Part shown: positions 38,401-49,620 of the stretch, piece by piece | Position numbering within the stretch: position 1 is the first letter of the stretch | How the letters are laid out: every line of letters starts with the position of its first letter | Assembly (NCBI GenBank): GCA_963924565.1 | Contig: OZ004608.1 | Coordinates: 9,424,001-9,488,000 of the forward strand | Reading direction: 5' to 3' | Source: Ascidiella aspersa | Lineage: Eukaryota | DNA: 64,000 nt | Notes under the pieces: model-generated | What the model saw: the letters and a program-made list of their open reading frames with translations, nothing else | What the model was told of the DNA's origin: nothing | The model's database searches: none | Position numbers and translations under genes: made by a program

Positions 38401-41400
38401 GATCTATACTTGGTATAGTCTTATATTTCAGTCATTAGACTTAATAGCCTCACATAACCATCCACAGGAGCCTCAACATCCCGGCAGACTACAGCGCCCG
38501 CGACGGCGACCTCCTAGTGGCGCAAAAATCGCTCGGAGAAATCCGCCAGGGGCGCCTCCTGCAGGGAAGGTCGCACAATGAGATGCGTCTAGCACTTAAG
38601 GACGCCGTTGCGTTGCGCAACCGACGTAAGATCGTCGAACTGATGAAGCCATTCGAAGAAGCCAACATTCCCGACGTGGACGAAGATCTCGCCCAGGCCG
38701 ACAGGTCGGTGACGTGCTGTTGCGTCACAATCGGTTGTTTTTTTGAGTTGGTGTGTCGCTCTGCGTGTTAACTTTCGACCAGTGGTTCCCGTCTATATTT
38801 TAATCACCGTCATTCTTCAATGTAATGTAACGCCTACGCGTACCTTTCATATTTAGGGCTGACTTTAATTGATTTTCGCAAAATTATACGTTTAAAAATA
38901 AGAGCACACTTTAAACAGCATCTGTTAAAAACACTCTGTTAATTCCAAGAATTGTGACCTCATATTTACTGTTACCTTCCATTTAAAAGTTTGTGTTAGT
39001 TTCCATTCCACTTGAAGAACCTTACATTACTTGAGGTTCGTTTATAGGGAACCACTGCTTATTAGGCTGGATGGGCAATTATAATTTTTACACCGGGCCA
39101 CCTAAGAAATATAACATGTTGTTGCCAAAAAAAGGCGTTTAACATAAAAGAAATACAGATGAGATTCGCGTAAAGCTAAAAAAAATCATTTTACTATTTA
39201 AAACAGGCAAAATGGACGGGTTCGTGACTGGGTCCGTCCCTGGAAAGAGTAATATATATAAATATATATATGTTAAATACAAACATATAACAGTACCGCT
39301 TGTTTTTACATATCTGCCTTGACTTAATAGTGAACAGATTTTTTTTAAACAGGCTATAGGATAAATTTGCAGACGTTTTGTCCAACTAGCGCATAAACTA
39401 GAAAAAAAATAACCTGCGATTCGGTTTAAATTGCTTGTCCATTTAAATTTTTCCCTTAAATCAGTTCTGGGTTAAACGAATGATTTTGTCTATTTATGGC
39501 GCCGTATGCGCTTAAACGTGAAGGATCAAAGTAAGACTTTTCCTAGGTGGTGTATAACTATGCAGGTTTTAATTTGACTAATTTTGCCTATTCGACCATT
39601 TTAAGAACGTAATTTGTTACGGACGAAGGCCAATACGTTTTAGCCAAAAATTTTAGTGAACCTCTTTTTTATCAGCTTCAGAATAAAATACCAATGCCGA
39701 CTGATTTCGGCCTGTCCTAACAAGACAAAGCGGTGCTCTTCATTTTACTTTAAAGGTGCGTTAAATACAGCCACTTTCGTTAAAGTATAAAAAAAAAACA
39801 GTCACATTTATCAGTCGTACATTAAACTTAAATGTTCTCAGGGTTGTTAAGGAGATCGACTCGGAGCAGCTGGCTTTGCGTGACGCGGCCTGGGACAAGA
39901 TCCAGGCGGCCACGATGGCCAGGGACGCCGGGGCGCTCCGGGACGCTCTGCGGGATTGTCGGAAGAGCGGGATGGCGCTGGAAGAGATCCGGCAGTCGGA
40001 GAAGCTCCTCAAGGTGGTGGAGCGAGAAGATCAGCTCCTTCATCAGATGCGAGAGCTGATAGTGACCAAGGACGCGCCAAAGCTGCAGGAAGCAATAGCT
40101 GTGTTCCGGTATAAAATGTTACTGGTATTTTACCAATATCTCTCCTTGTCTGGTATATATGTATTTTTGTCTATAGTGGCAATTATACCCTGTAGAGAAG
40201 ATTGGCTGAATGGGTATTCGAAACGTTGGTACTTCAATAAAATTTTGCCGGAAAAAAAATTTTACAATTGAAACAATGCCTGGTAGCAACAGCATATATT
40301 CACGTCCCTCAAATGGGACTCATTTTTTGTCATTTCAATTTATCTTAAAATGACCCTGTTTTAATAAGTGTTGGAGAAATACAGTTATATGAAACTACAC
40401 TAGTTTTTCAATATAATATTGGTTGGGTATGCTGAATCGTTTGGTAATGGTAATCCAGCATGACTAACGCCAAAGCCTTATAAATGTCAGCCATTTTTTG
40501 TCACTGAACTTTTTAAGTAGAAGGCATTTTTAAGCATTTAAACTAATCTTGACGCGTGTGGTGTGAATAGCAAACGGTTACAAAGAAGTGCTGATGCTAT
40601 AAAATCAGTGTTAAAGAGAAAAAAATGTAAAGAGAATATTTTACATATACGCTCAAACAACTCTGTTTCCTTTTAAACCCAGTTGCTTTACAACTTAAAA
40701 AAACTAAAACACTAGTATTGAAAAAGCCTTTACGTTAAAGAACGCGACCGTTATTATTTCCAAAGTTATATCGGCATCTGACAGCAGTGGCTGTATTTTC
40801 TATAACGTTCTCCTATGATTTAATTGCCCTGTGCCTTTCGCCTCCTCACAATTAAATAATTATTATACACTATGTTTCACAGTAAAGTTCTCACCTTTTC
40901 TTTTCAGAACTCCGGGCTTGCAGCTGGTTGACAAGACAGGCGATGTCCAGCGAGCCGATGAACTGCTTCACGGATTGCGCGACCAGCAGAGGATGGACAG
41001 GGCCAAGGGAGACGCCATGTGGAGGCTACAGACCGCCAGGAGCGTGGGAGACATCGGCGCCATGGAGGGAATGCTGAAAGGTGGGAGGCGGATTTGTTGG
41101 TGATCAGGCTGCCCTTACAAGATAAATGCCCAGCTAAATTCTTGATCAATAGCAGAATACTCATACTGACAATAAATAACTTGTGAAAATATATAAAAGA
41201 ATATATATATATAAGTCAAAAAACAAAGTAACAAAAAAGTGTAAAAAACAATAAAAAATAAGTGTCTGACCTAAATTACTCTGCAGAGTGCCTCTTATAG
41301 CATTACTTGTAAAAAATGGGATAACATTGAGGAGATAAACATACGTCAAAGAAAATATAAAGCTATTTATTTACGAGCGCTTTGTGTTTGAGAAAGGATT

Positions 41401-44400
41401 ATTTTAAGCATTCTTTTTCAGATGTTTTTGTTTTTTTCAAAATGAGAGAAAAGTTTATTCATAAGAATAGAGGGTTTCTCAAACGTTTCAAATTTTTCTA
41501 TAATTGATTCTTGAAACAAGATTTGATTCTGCAAAAACGGAGTTCTGTTTTAAACACATTTTAGTAAGGATGGGTTCGTCATACCTTTCATACCCAATCA
41601 ATAGTAATGTATATACCCAGTCCAACACTGGTTTTAACTTTCTCTGTATTAAAAAGCCCTGGAGAACTTGTCGTCAGCCGGGGTCGACGTCGACGAGGCG
41701 CTAATTCTCCGGACCAAGACCGAGGTCGAGACACTGAAGGGCGCTGTCGACTACCGGACCCGGATGGAGTCGATCAAAAGCGCCATCTCGCGGATGATTA
41801 AAACCGAGAGCCTGCCGCAGCTGGAGGACCTTATCGATCAGATGGTCGACCTCTCCAAGGACGGCCACTACACAATGACGCAGGATGACGCGCGCGTTCT
41901 CGACCAATCGCGTGACATCCTACACGACCTGAAGCGCAAGCACGCTCTCTTGCAGCAGATCGAAATGGCGCGTCCGATGCTCCAGGTGCCGCTGTTGCCC
42001 GGCGTGGTCGATCGCCTTGCCGAGGGCGTAGCGCGCATGACGGAGTTGCGCGACTCGGCCGCCGAGTTCCCTGGCGTCTTTACAAAGTCAGACGAAGAGC
42101 TGCTGGCCACCGCGACCGTTAACTCGGCCGAGCTCAAACGCAACGTCGAGAAGATGACCATTGCCAGGCAAAAGCTCACAGCGGCGATGGAGACCCGCGA
42201 CTACAATGCGCTCACCGAGGCAATATCGCTCGCCGAGGAGGCACCCTTTATAGAGCCGGCGTCTTTGGAGGCGGCTAGGGAACGAGCGGCTTTCTTAGAC
42301 CCTGTGATCCGCTGCAACGCGCTTAAAACCGCAATCGCGGCACGCAGCATTGCTGAGATCACGAGCGCGGTTGACGCGTTTAAGGAGGCCGGGGTGACCG
42401 GGCATGACCGCCTGTTGGCCAAGGGCGAGCGCACCGCCGCCAAGCTCAAGAAGCGCAAGCGCAAACAGATCAAGGCCGAGCGGAAACGGAAGAGGGAGGA
42501 TGCTAGAAAAGCGGCTGAGATCGACGAGCTTAATACACGACTGTCCGAGGCCATGGAGTCCCGGGATGTCTACAAGCTTCAGGAGGCGCTAGATTTGTGC
42601 GAGAACAGCGGCTACAGCGACGGGGAGATTCCCATGTACGCGCCGGCCGAGGAGCTCTTCGACCGACTGACCGTCGAGGATTTGCGCGACAAGTTGGCCG
42701 ACGGCATCGCGCGACGCGACATCGACCTGCTCGAGTCCACCATCGACGCCGCCGATTACGGAGGGTTGGGATTTTTTGTGTTTAATTCGGATTTTGTTTA
42801 TTGGGAAAATGTGTTGCCATAAGATATATATACATTAAGGTGGATTTGGGTATTTAGGGAAGTTAAATCGGCATATGACTTTTGGGTATGTCACGTTTGG
42901 TCAGAAATCCAACTCACACAGTACAAGTCGACTTTGGTTTGTTAATTTAACACGACGTTTTAGTTTAGGGGGGAAATGTACAACGAGACTATTACACAAA
43001 GCTCGTATAATGACGCTTTAGGATCGGTAACGTACATTGGGTTAGTCAGTTTTCTACAAGAAAACGTGCTTACAGAATTTAAATGCTCAACAGCTACAAA
43101 AAATTATAAGACTCAAGTTATGATCTTCTTAAAAGGCTACGGAAGTGGCTTTTAATATTTTACCCTGGCATCATATCAAAATATTATGTCCAGAAATACA
43201 TTAACTTGGTATTAAAAACACGCTGATCTCTAGTAAAAGTAAAGTTTTCCCAGCGTACCCACGGCTGGTCAAGTACGCCATGTATCATCTGTTACATCTC
43301 ATTTAAATAATTTCGTGATAAAACATCCAAGAAAACGTAGTTAACGCCCACTTTTGATTGACAGGTTCGTTCCCGACCTGGAGCCTGACTACAGCTGCGC
43401 CAAGGACCTGCTGTACAGTCTTCGCGAACTGCACATGCTCAGGGAGAAGGTTGCCGGAATGAACCGATCCCTTATCTCGGAGATCCAGAGCTACAGCAAG
43501 CCGCCTGAGGTGGTGAAGACTGTGATGACCACAGTACTTATGCTTCTCGGCGAGACGCAGAAACAGGCGGCTGTAAGTAACTTAAGAACATGTTGGTGTA
43601 ACTTAAACAACGAAACGAAGTTATTCTTTATGGCAGGGCTACGGAGTCGGTTAAAGATAACCCAAGTCCGACTCCGGCCAATAAAATAAACCCGAGTCCG
43701 ACACCGTGCGATTTCGTCGAGCCCCGAATCCGGCTCCGACTCTACAGCCCTGCTTTATGACAAGAATCTTAAATTACATCTAGTAAATTTGCTTGACAAT
43801 TTGACGAATGTCCTTCTTTTTATTACACCCGAGACATAAAAATGTGCATCTGACCACTTAACCAGTATTTTTTACTCAGAAGGCGGACACAGCTAAATCC
43901 TTTAAAAAATCCTTTTAGGCAACGTTTTTAGCATAATTTAGTAGTTTATCCCCACTCATTAAATATCAGTCAAGTCATTTAAAAAATAAAATAAAACGCA
44001 AGTCGAGTCTATGGCACGAAACAACAAGTCAAATTCCAATCCAGTCCAGTTACCACAGTAAAGTTCAAGTCAGGTCATTATTGGAGCAAATCAACTCCAA
44101 TGCAGTCATTTAACCTAACTGACTTAAGTTCAATCAAGTCATTTGAAAACAGTAACCTAAGTGTGCTTTAGTCAAGTCATTGACACAAGTCATTGGAACA
44201 TAGCAAAATGGACCTAAATATCAAACTTCATTCAATCTCATTATAACTCCGTCGGTTTTGCGAGCAGGACTGGATAAACGTCCGAGCAATCGTGTCCAAG
44301 ACCGGCAAGGACTCCCTGGCCAGGAGGGTGCGTAGGAACGCCCCCGGGGATGTCCCGGCCGAGTTGTGCGACCGCGTGGAATCGGTACTTGGGGAACTCA

Positions 44401-45146
44401 CGGTGGAGAAGGCAGCCGAAGTCAGCCAAGGATCCGGAACTTTCCTTGCATGGGTAAGCTGTGAGAAAAGCTGTACTGTGTGTTGGTTCCGCGGTTTAAC
44501 GTGCCGGTTTGCTGGGATTTATTTCAATTAACCTCGGGTGACAATGCTAGCTCAACAGGTGGTAAATACTTTAACTTAGTAAAAGTAAAAGTTGGGTGAA
44601 AAATTCATAGAATGCTTAACACGTTTTTATTAATGATCTGATAACTTTAAAATAAACTTTTAGTTACGCTTTAAGCAGTTTAACATATAAATTGATATAA
44701 ATATCACATTAAATAAATATTCTGTGCCTAATGATTTAGACCAGTCTATAAAAATGTGTGAAGCATTGTATGAATTGACCTTTCCCCCCTTCAGTTTTAC
44801 CAAGTTAAAGTATTTACCAGCTCAGGTAGGTGATCAAGTATCAGGGCGTCAGGCTGGAAGATTTTTAGGCAGAAATAGGGATAAAGGATAACCTATCTCG
44901 TAGAAATAAATTGGTATTTTTGAGTTTGAGCTTCAAACTTCAAGAAAAGATAAAAATGAGCTTCAAAGTTTAAAATAGTGTCTTATCTGTCCTTATTTAT
45001 TTTCGAATTTGTTTTGGGCTTATCTGACGTTGATTGAACAACCGCCCTTCATAAGTTTTAATTTATTTAAAAGCGAATGTTTAAAAGTTATTTACCAAAT
45101 ATTTCAGACAATATTCACAAATGTTGAAATCTCAAAATTCCTCTAA
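29488..45146 (+). CDS. Uncharacterised ~1143-aa membrane protein: hydrophobic N-terminus, furin site, Ser-Gly/Thr-rich ectodomain, TM, ~12 helical repeats, C-terminal dynein-type microtubule-binding domain. Exons 29488-29700, 31351-31393, 31532-31567, 31792-31830, 32738-32767, 33184-33228, 34446-34556, 35215-35510, 36315-36478, 37465-37701, 38468-38704, 39842-40108, 40908-41080, 41657-42764, 43365-43572, 44268-44453, 45108-45146
   Basis: 17 GT-AG exons join in compatible phases into one open frame of 3432 nt; GC-rich exons stand out from AT-rich introns. First and last exons are less certain, and an extra exon could hide in the N-gap. Confidence 0.85.
32150..32560. mobile_element. hAT MITE
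   Basis: TIR TAGGGCGATTATTTT / AAAATAATCGCCCTA; perfect 8-bp TSD gttataag; subterminal ttttgac repeats. Confidence 0.9.
33246..33610. mobile_element. hAT MITE
   Basis: TIR CAGTGGTTCTCAACC / GGTTGAGAACTGCTG; perfect TSD gtttagat. Confidence 0.9.
33806..34063. mobile_element. Older hAT-type MITE
   Basis: Decayed TIRs TGGGGATGTACA / TGTGCATCCTTT; 8-bp TSD aaccacat on both sides. Confidence 0.65.
36870..37400. repeat. GA-rich low-complexity tract containing the assembly gap (N 37083-37339)
   Basis: Directly visible. Confidence 0.9.
38780..39057. mobile_element. hAT-type MITE
   Basis: TIR CAGTGGTTCCC / GGGAACCACTG; TSD not clearly preserved. Confidence 0.65.
43634..43752. mobile_element. Tiny hAT MITE with CCGACTCC repeats
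   Basis: TIR CAGGGCTACGGAGTCGG / CCGACTCTACAGCCCTG; TSD ctttatgg/ctttatga. Confidence 0.85.
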
Positions 45147-48100
45147 ATTGTACCCAAAACTGCTGATAGCCTGCTGTCATACACATTAACACATAACATC
45201 GTCGAGTCTCAAAATTGTATACTTGTATGGCCAGATCACCTGCACCATCAAGGAAGCTCGATCGCTGCATTTTATGAAGCACGGAGCCGAAAGCTCGCAC
45301 GCTGACCTCTCGGAAATCTAACTTATGATGAGACAAGACTTTTGGTGCTTTCCTAGAATACGATAAATCAAAACGGAGATTTTTTGGCGGTGCAAGAAGC
45401 ACCGGAAAATATTATTCTAGCTACGTTGTTTTGAAACGAATGAACGGTCTTTTTTGCACAAACTACTATGCCAGCTTTTTGTACCATTTTTTAAAAAAGT
45501 GTTAGAACAGATTTTTTTTAAACAAAATACTTAACATGTCGGTTATTCGGCCAACTGATAGCGCGTCGTTTGGATGTTTGTAAAAGTAAGACGATACTTC
45601 ATATTTGGACTTTAATCTCACGTCCATTTTAAAAAGCGTGCTTTAGCTTGCCGTTACGCATCACCTTTTCACTTTCTTCGTTTTATTTACGAATTATATT
45701 GTACTTATTTTGCTTTTCTTATCGTTTTTACTGTTATGCTTTGTCACGTTATTAAGGTTTTACTCAATATTTGTTAACATTGCCTAAGGGCTGTAATTGT
45801 TTGGTATATTGTGTATGTACGACGTGCCTTGCGAATTACTGCATCAATAAAATGTTGTGTGAATATCGAAAGAACTACAGCCGAAATACAGATTAGGTAA
45901 CCGAGCTGTTTTTAGAATAAATGTTGACGAATCTCCATTGCCCAGTGCCTATTTCTCGTTTGCTCAATTAAAGCAATCAGCCAGAGTGTCGAGGGCGCTT
46001 TTGTCAAACAAATCACAATCAACGGGTTGTTTGGCTGAGGTTAACTGTAGCTTACACAGAAGAGAGCCAGACTTGCTATGCAACGTGTTTTAGTGTTAAA
46101 ACCTTAACTATAGATAGGTTCACATTGTTGCTTGGATATCTACAGGAAACTTCTGATGTTTATTATGGTGTTGTGAAGAATGAACACTGTAAACAAAAAG
46201 TGGTGAGTGTTTTTATGTTTCAATGTTTGGCAGAATGTAAACCATGTATAACAATTATTCTGATACCAGACAAACGAAACTTACGAAGTAAAAAAATAAG
46301 TTATAAACGCAGTTAATGAGTTTACCCATATTTGATTGATTGGTTTTCTGAATTTTTAAACCTGTATTTTTTAATTCCCATTGCAGATTGTGTTAAAAAT
46401 TATGAACGAGTTACACTGTTATCAAAACATGGTTATAGAATTATAGATAAATGTAAAAAAATAAATTTATGACAGGTCAAATCTTTTCTAAAGTGTTTTT
46501 GCTTCAGCAATCCATCGCACACACTTTTAGCAAAAAATATGGATAAAATATTATTTGTTTAAATTTACAAGTTTAACGTTGGACGAAATTTTATTCTACC
46601 ACGAATCGTTGTTTATCGCAATTTGTTTTTTGGTTCTTGTTTGTTTTCGTGTACCTTATTCTTACGATAAGTTGGTTACTTTATTTATACTGAGTTCTTT
46701 ATGTAGTTGAATAAGTAAATTTTATTATTTATATAGGAGGGGCAAGGCCTTACGGATCCAGAAAATCTGGCGAAAATATTAGACCTAAGGTTTCAAATAA
46801 ACAAGTCAAATGGTTCATTGCCGGTTTGTCCTTCCGTGGTCAAACCATTATTCCACTTTCCCCTGGACTTTGCGGTCGCCACTATCCCAGGAGGAACCAA
46901 TTCACATGATAAAAAAAACGGACTCAGAACGTCTTGTCCAGACAATTTATCTCCAGATTGAAAATCTAATGAAAATAACCAAGAAGCTGTATTCGAGGTC
47001 AAAGGTAAATACGCACAAATTTTGGTACTGCGGCGATCTAACTGATTGTTAAGCTTGCGCTTTTTGGTGTAAGCCCTTTATGACTAATGTAATTGCGTAA
47101 ACATTCTATTATTTGCGGTCAAACAGTCACTGAGTAGTTGAGCACATTGTGCCTGACACCCTAGTTGTCTCCCTCTATAGTTGGTGTTACTATCTTGTAG
47201 CGGTAGGAGCTCGCGTTGTTAGTTACTTGACGCTTTACATAAACTCATGCGTTTTAATAACATTGTTTTGTACTATATTTGAGTAGGATAGGAATCCACT
47301 TAAGTAACTCATTGTGTTATTAGTAAGTTCATGTGCATTCATAAAGACTTCAGTATTGGATCATATTCAACAATTTTCACCTATTATAAGTTATAACTAA
47401 GAGATTTGTTTGATATAGCTAGTTTATCTGTATGTTTTTATTAACTATTTTGTTGTGCCTTACATCTATTGTATTTGTGTATCGAAGCCCATAATTTACC
47501 AACCATCATTAACGCTGCCATTCTTGCTGCCTTACCCAAACAAGGAATCAAATATTTTAACTTTGAAGTTCCGAACTCAACAGTTCTCTGGTATAATGCA
47601 ATCCATGTCTCCGATGATGACCTGGCCATTTATATTGTGCAGCTAGAGAAGTGATAAAGCCTTCATGTCGCAACCCAAGGACGGCACTTTTTCGACGAGT
47701 ATCGCCACTTTGTCTGAGTTGGTATACCGTCTTACACAGCAACTTGGAAACCAACTTTTATATTGAAACATCGTCGCTGGTATATGCCACATTAACGTGT
47801 TGCTAAACAAGGGGACTCATAAAAAAGGATAATATTATAAATATGATCTTGTAATAATAGCAATTATTCTTTAGACTTTCCTGTCCTAGTCAAAGTCAGT
47901 CGTTAATAAGTTCCAGTCTTTTAAAAGAGAAATATATTTCGCCATAAAGGCATCATCAATTTCTTAGTTCGAACGAATCGAATGATTTTTTAAAATACTA
48001 GCCTTATTAATGACTATTTTGACTAAGAAAGAAAAGTCTGAAAAATATTTGCTCCAATTTGAAGCCGTTGTCATCATTTACGTATAAGGGCGAGGAGATA

Positions 48101-49620
48101 TCTTCCTATTTCACACACTCAGTTTGCCTTGTAATAAAAGTTGTTAGTAACAAATGCTGTCATTTATCACAGCAGCTGCCATCAGCGTCAGCTTTCGACA
48201 AAAAATTATCAGCAGCGGAGTTCCCATTCTACCTGGTTTTAAGGTTTTAGCTGATAAATCGGTATGAGATAATCTCTAACTAAGCGACTGCAACATGTTT
48301 GTTGTTGGGCGGGCCGCGACCGTTAGATGGGCAGCAGGGAGCGGGGACTAAAGCCATTGAGCGGATGGCAAAAGTTAAGTTTAAGATAAAAAATATGTTT
48401 ATACCAGCAAGACAATGGAGTCGGGGAGAGCTTCGATGCGCCTTTCCTTAATGTCCGGGTGATCCGAGTAGTTATGTTGTGTTCTGAGGACACTTTGTAC
48501 ATTTACCACGATAGAACGCGCTTCGATGCTGCTTACATGAATGCCACCGGCGGCATTATGATAGAAACCAATAGTTCCGTTTTTTGCGTTTACGAAATTC
48601 TTGTTCGACATCTCTGTAAGGAAATAGCGCCATCAGCAGTTGATACTTTGTTACCAATTCCCACAACTCTTCATCGATTAGCAAATTATTGCATCTTTAA
48701 AAAGAGACAAAAATCATTTTTTTTATTCTTATAGGTGTTGTCATAAAGCAGTAGTAACCTTTGGGCGGAAGTCACGAAGGATTTTAATTGCCCTATTTTG
48801 CAACGCTTCCAGGTGTGCTGATGGGTATCAGCTTTTAAATGCAATATTGTAAATATGCTTTAACAAGGCTGTTGTAAAGCAGTTGTAGTTCACGTCTATC
48901 CAATATTTCTTAATATTAAACGTTGCTTTTACATTTTTTTGAAATAAAGACCTAATTATTTGATTTATTTAGGGCGATTTTTCGTATTATTAAGCTTACA
49001 TTATATTCCTTGGTAAGTTTGGCTTTGATTATTGTGAAATTTGTTTTTGCATATTATACCAGGGTCTATGTTTTCCGAGTTATTTTTTGGATTGTATCTC
49101 GTGAGGTGTCTATATTACCATGCGAGACATAAAGTACAGTGTCATCACCATTTAGGCTGCAGGTTATGCAAAAATTGGATGTAAGGTTGTTAATATTATA
49201 GATCGAGCTAGAATGGGATATCGCATGCGTGCTTGGTCGAAAATATATATTTTTTTTGTGAAATGATTTCTAACTACTTGAGAAATGTTTCCAATGTCAA
49301 AGGCCTTAGCCAGATCCGAGAAAACAGTACAAATCTATCTTCGTGTTTGATTGTTATGTTTTATAAATAGTTTCGGTAGTTAAAAAGTTTACTTTTTTTT
49401 TAATATTTTTCCGAAAATTCATGTGACTGATATTGATAGGCGTTATGAAATCTGTATTCGAATTTAGTTTTCAAATGCATCCGGCAACAATTGAACTGTA
49501 TTTTATCTTATGTAAAGAAGTATGCCGCGGGCCATAGCTTTACATTGTAATACCGAGCACACAATCTATATTTGCTCTGAAACAGCTTTATTTCGTTTTG
49601 TTCGCACGCTGGCAAAACTT

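Noticed and set aside
43365-44453. Fragment of a real dynein heavy chain gene
   Set aside because: No AAA+/P-loop exons or stalk coiled coils flank it; it splices in phase to the helical-repeat exons.
49480-49570. miR-1 precursor gene
   Set aside because: Lacks the TGGA 5' end/seed and the pre-miRNA arm geometry.
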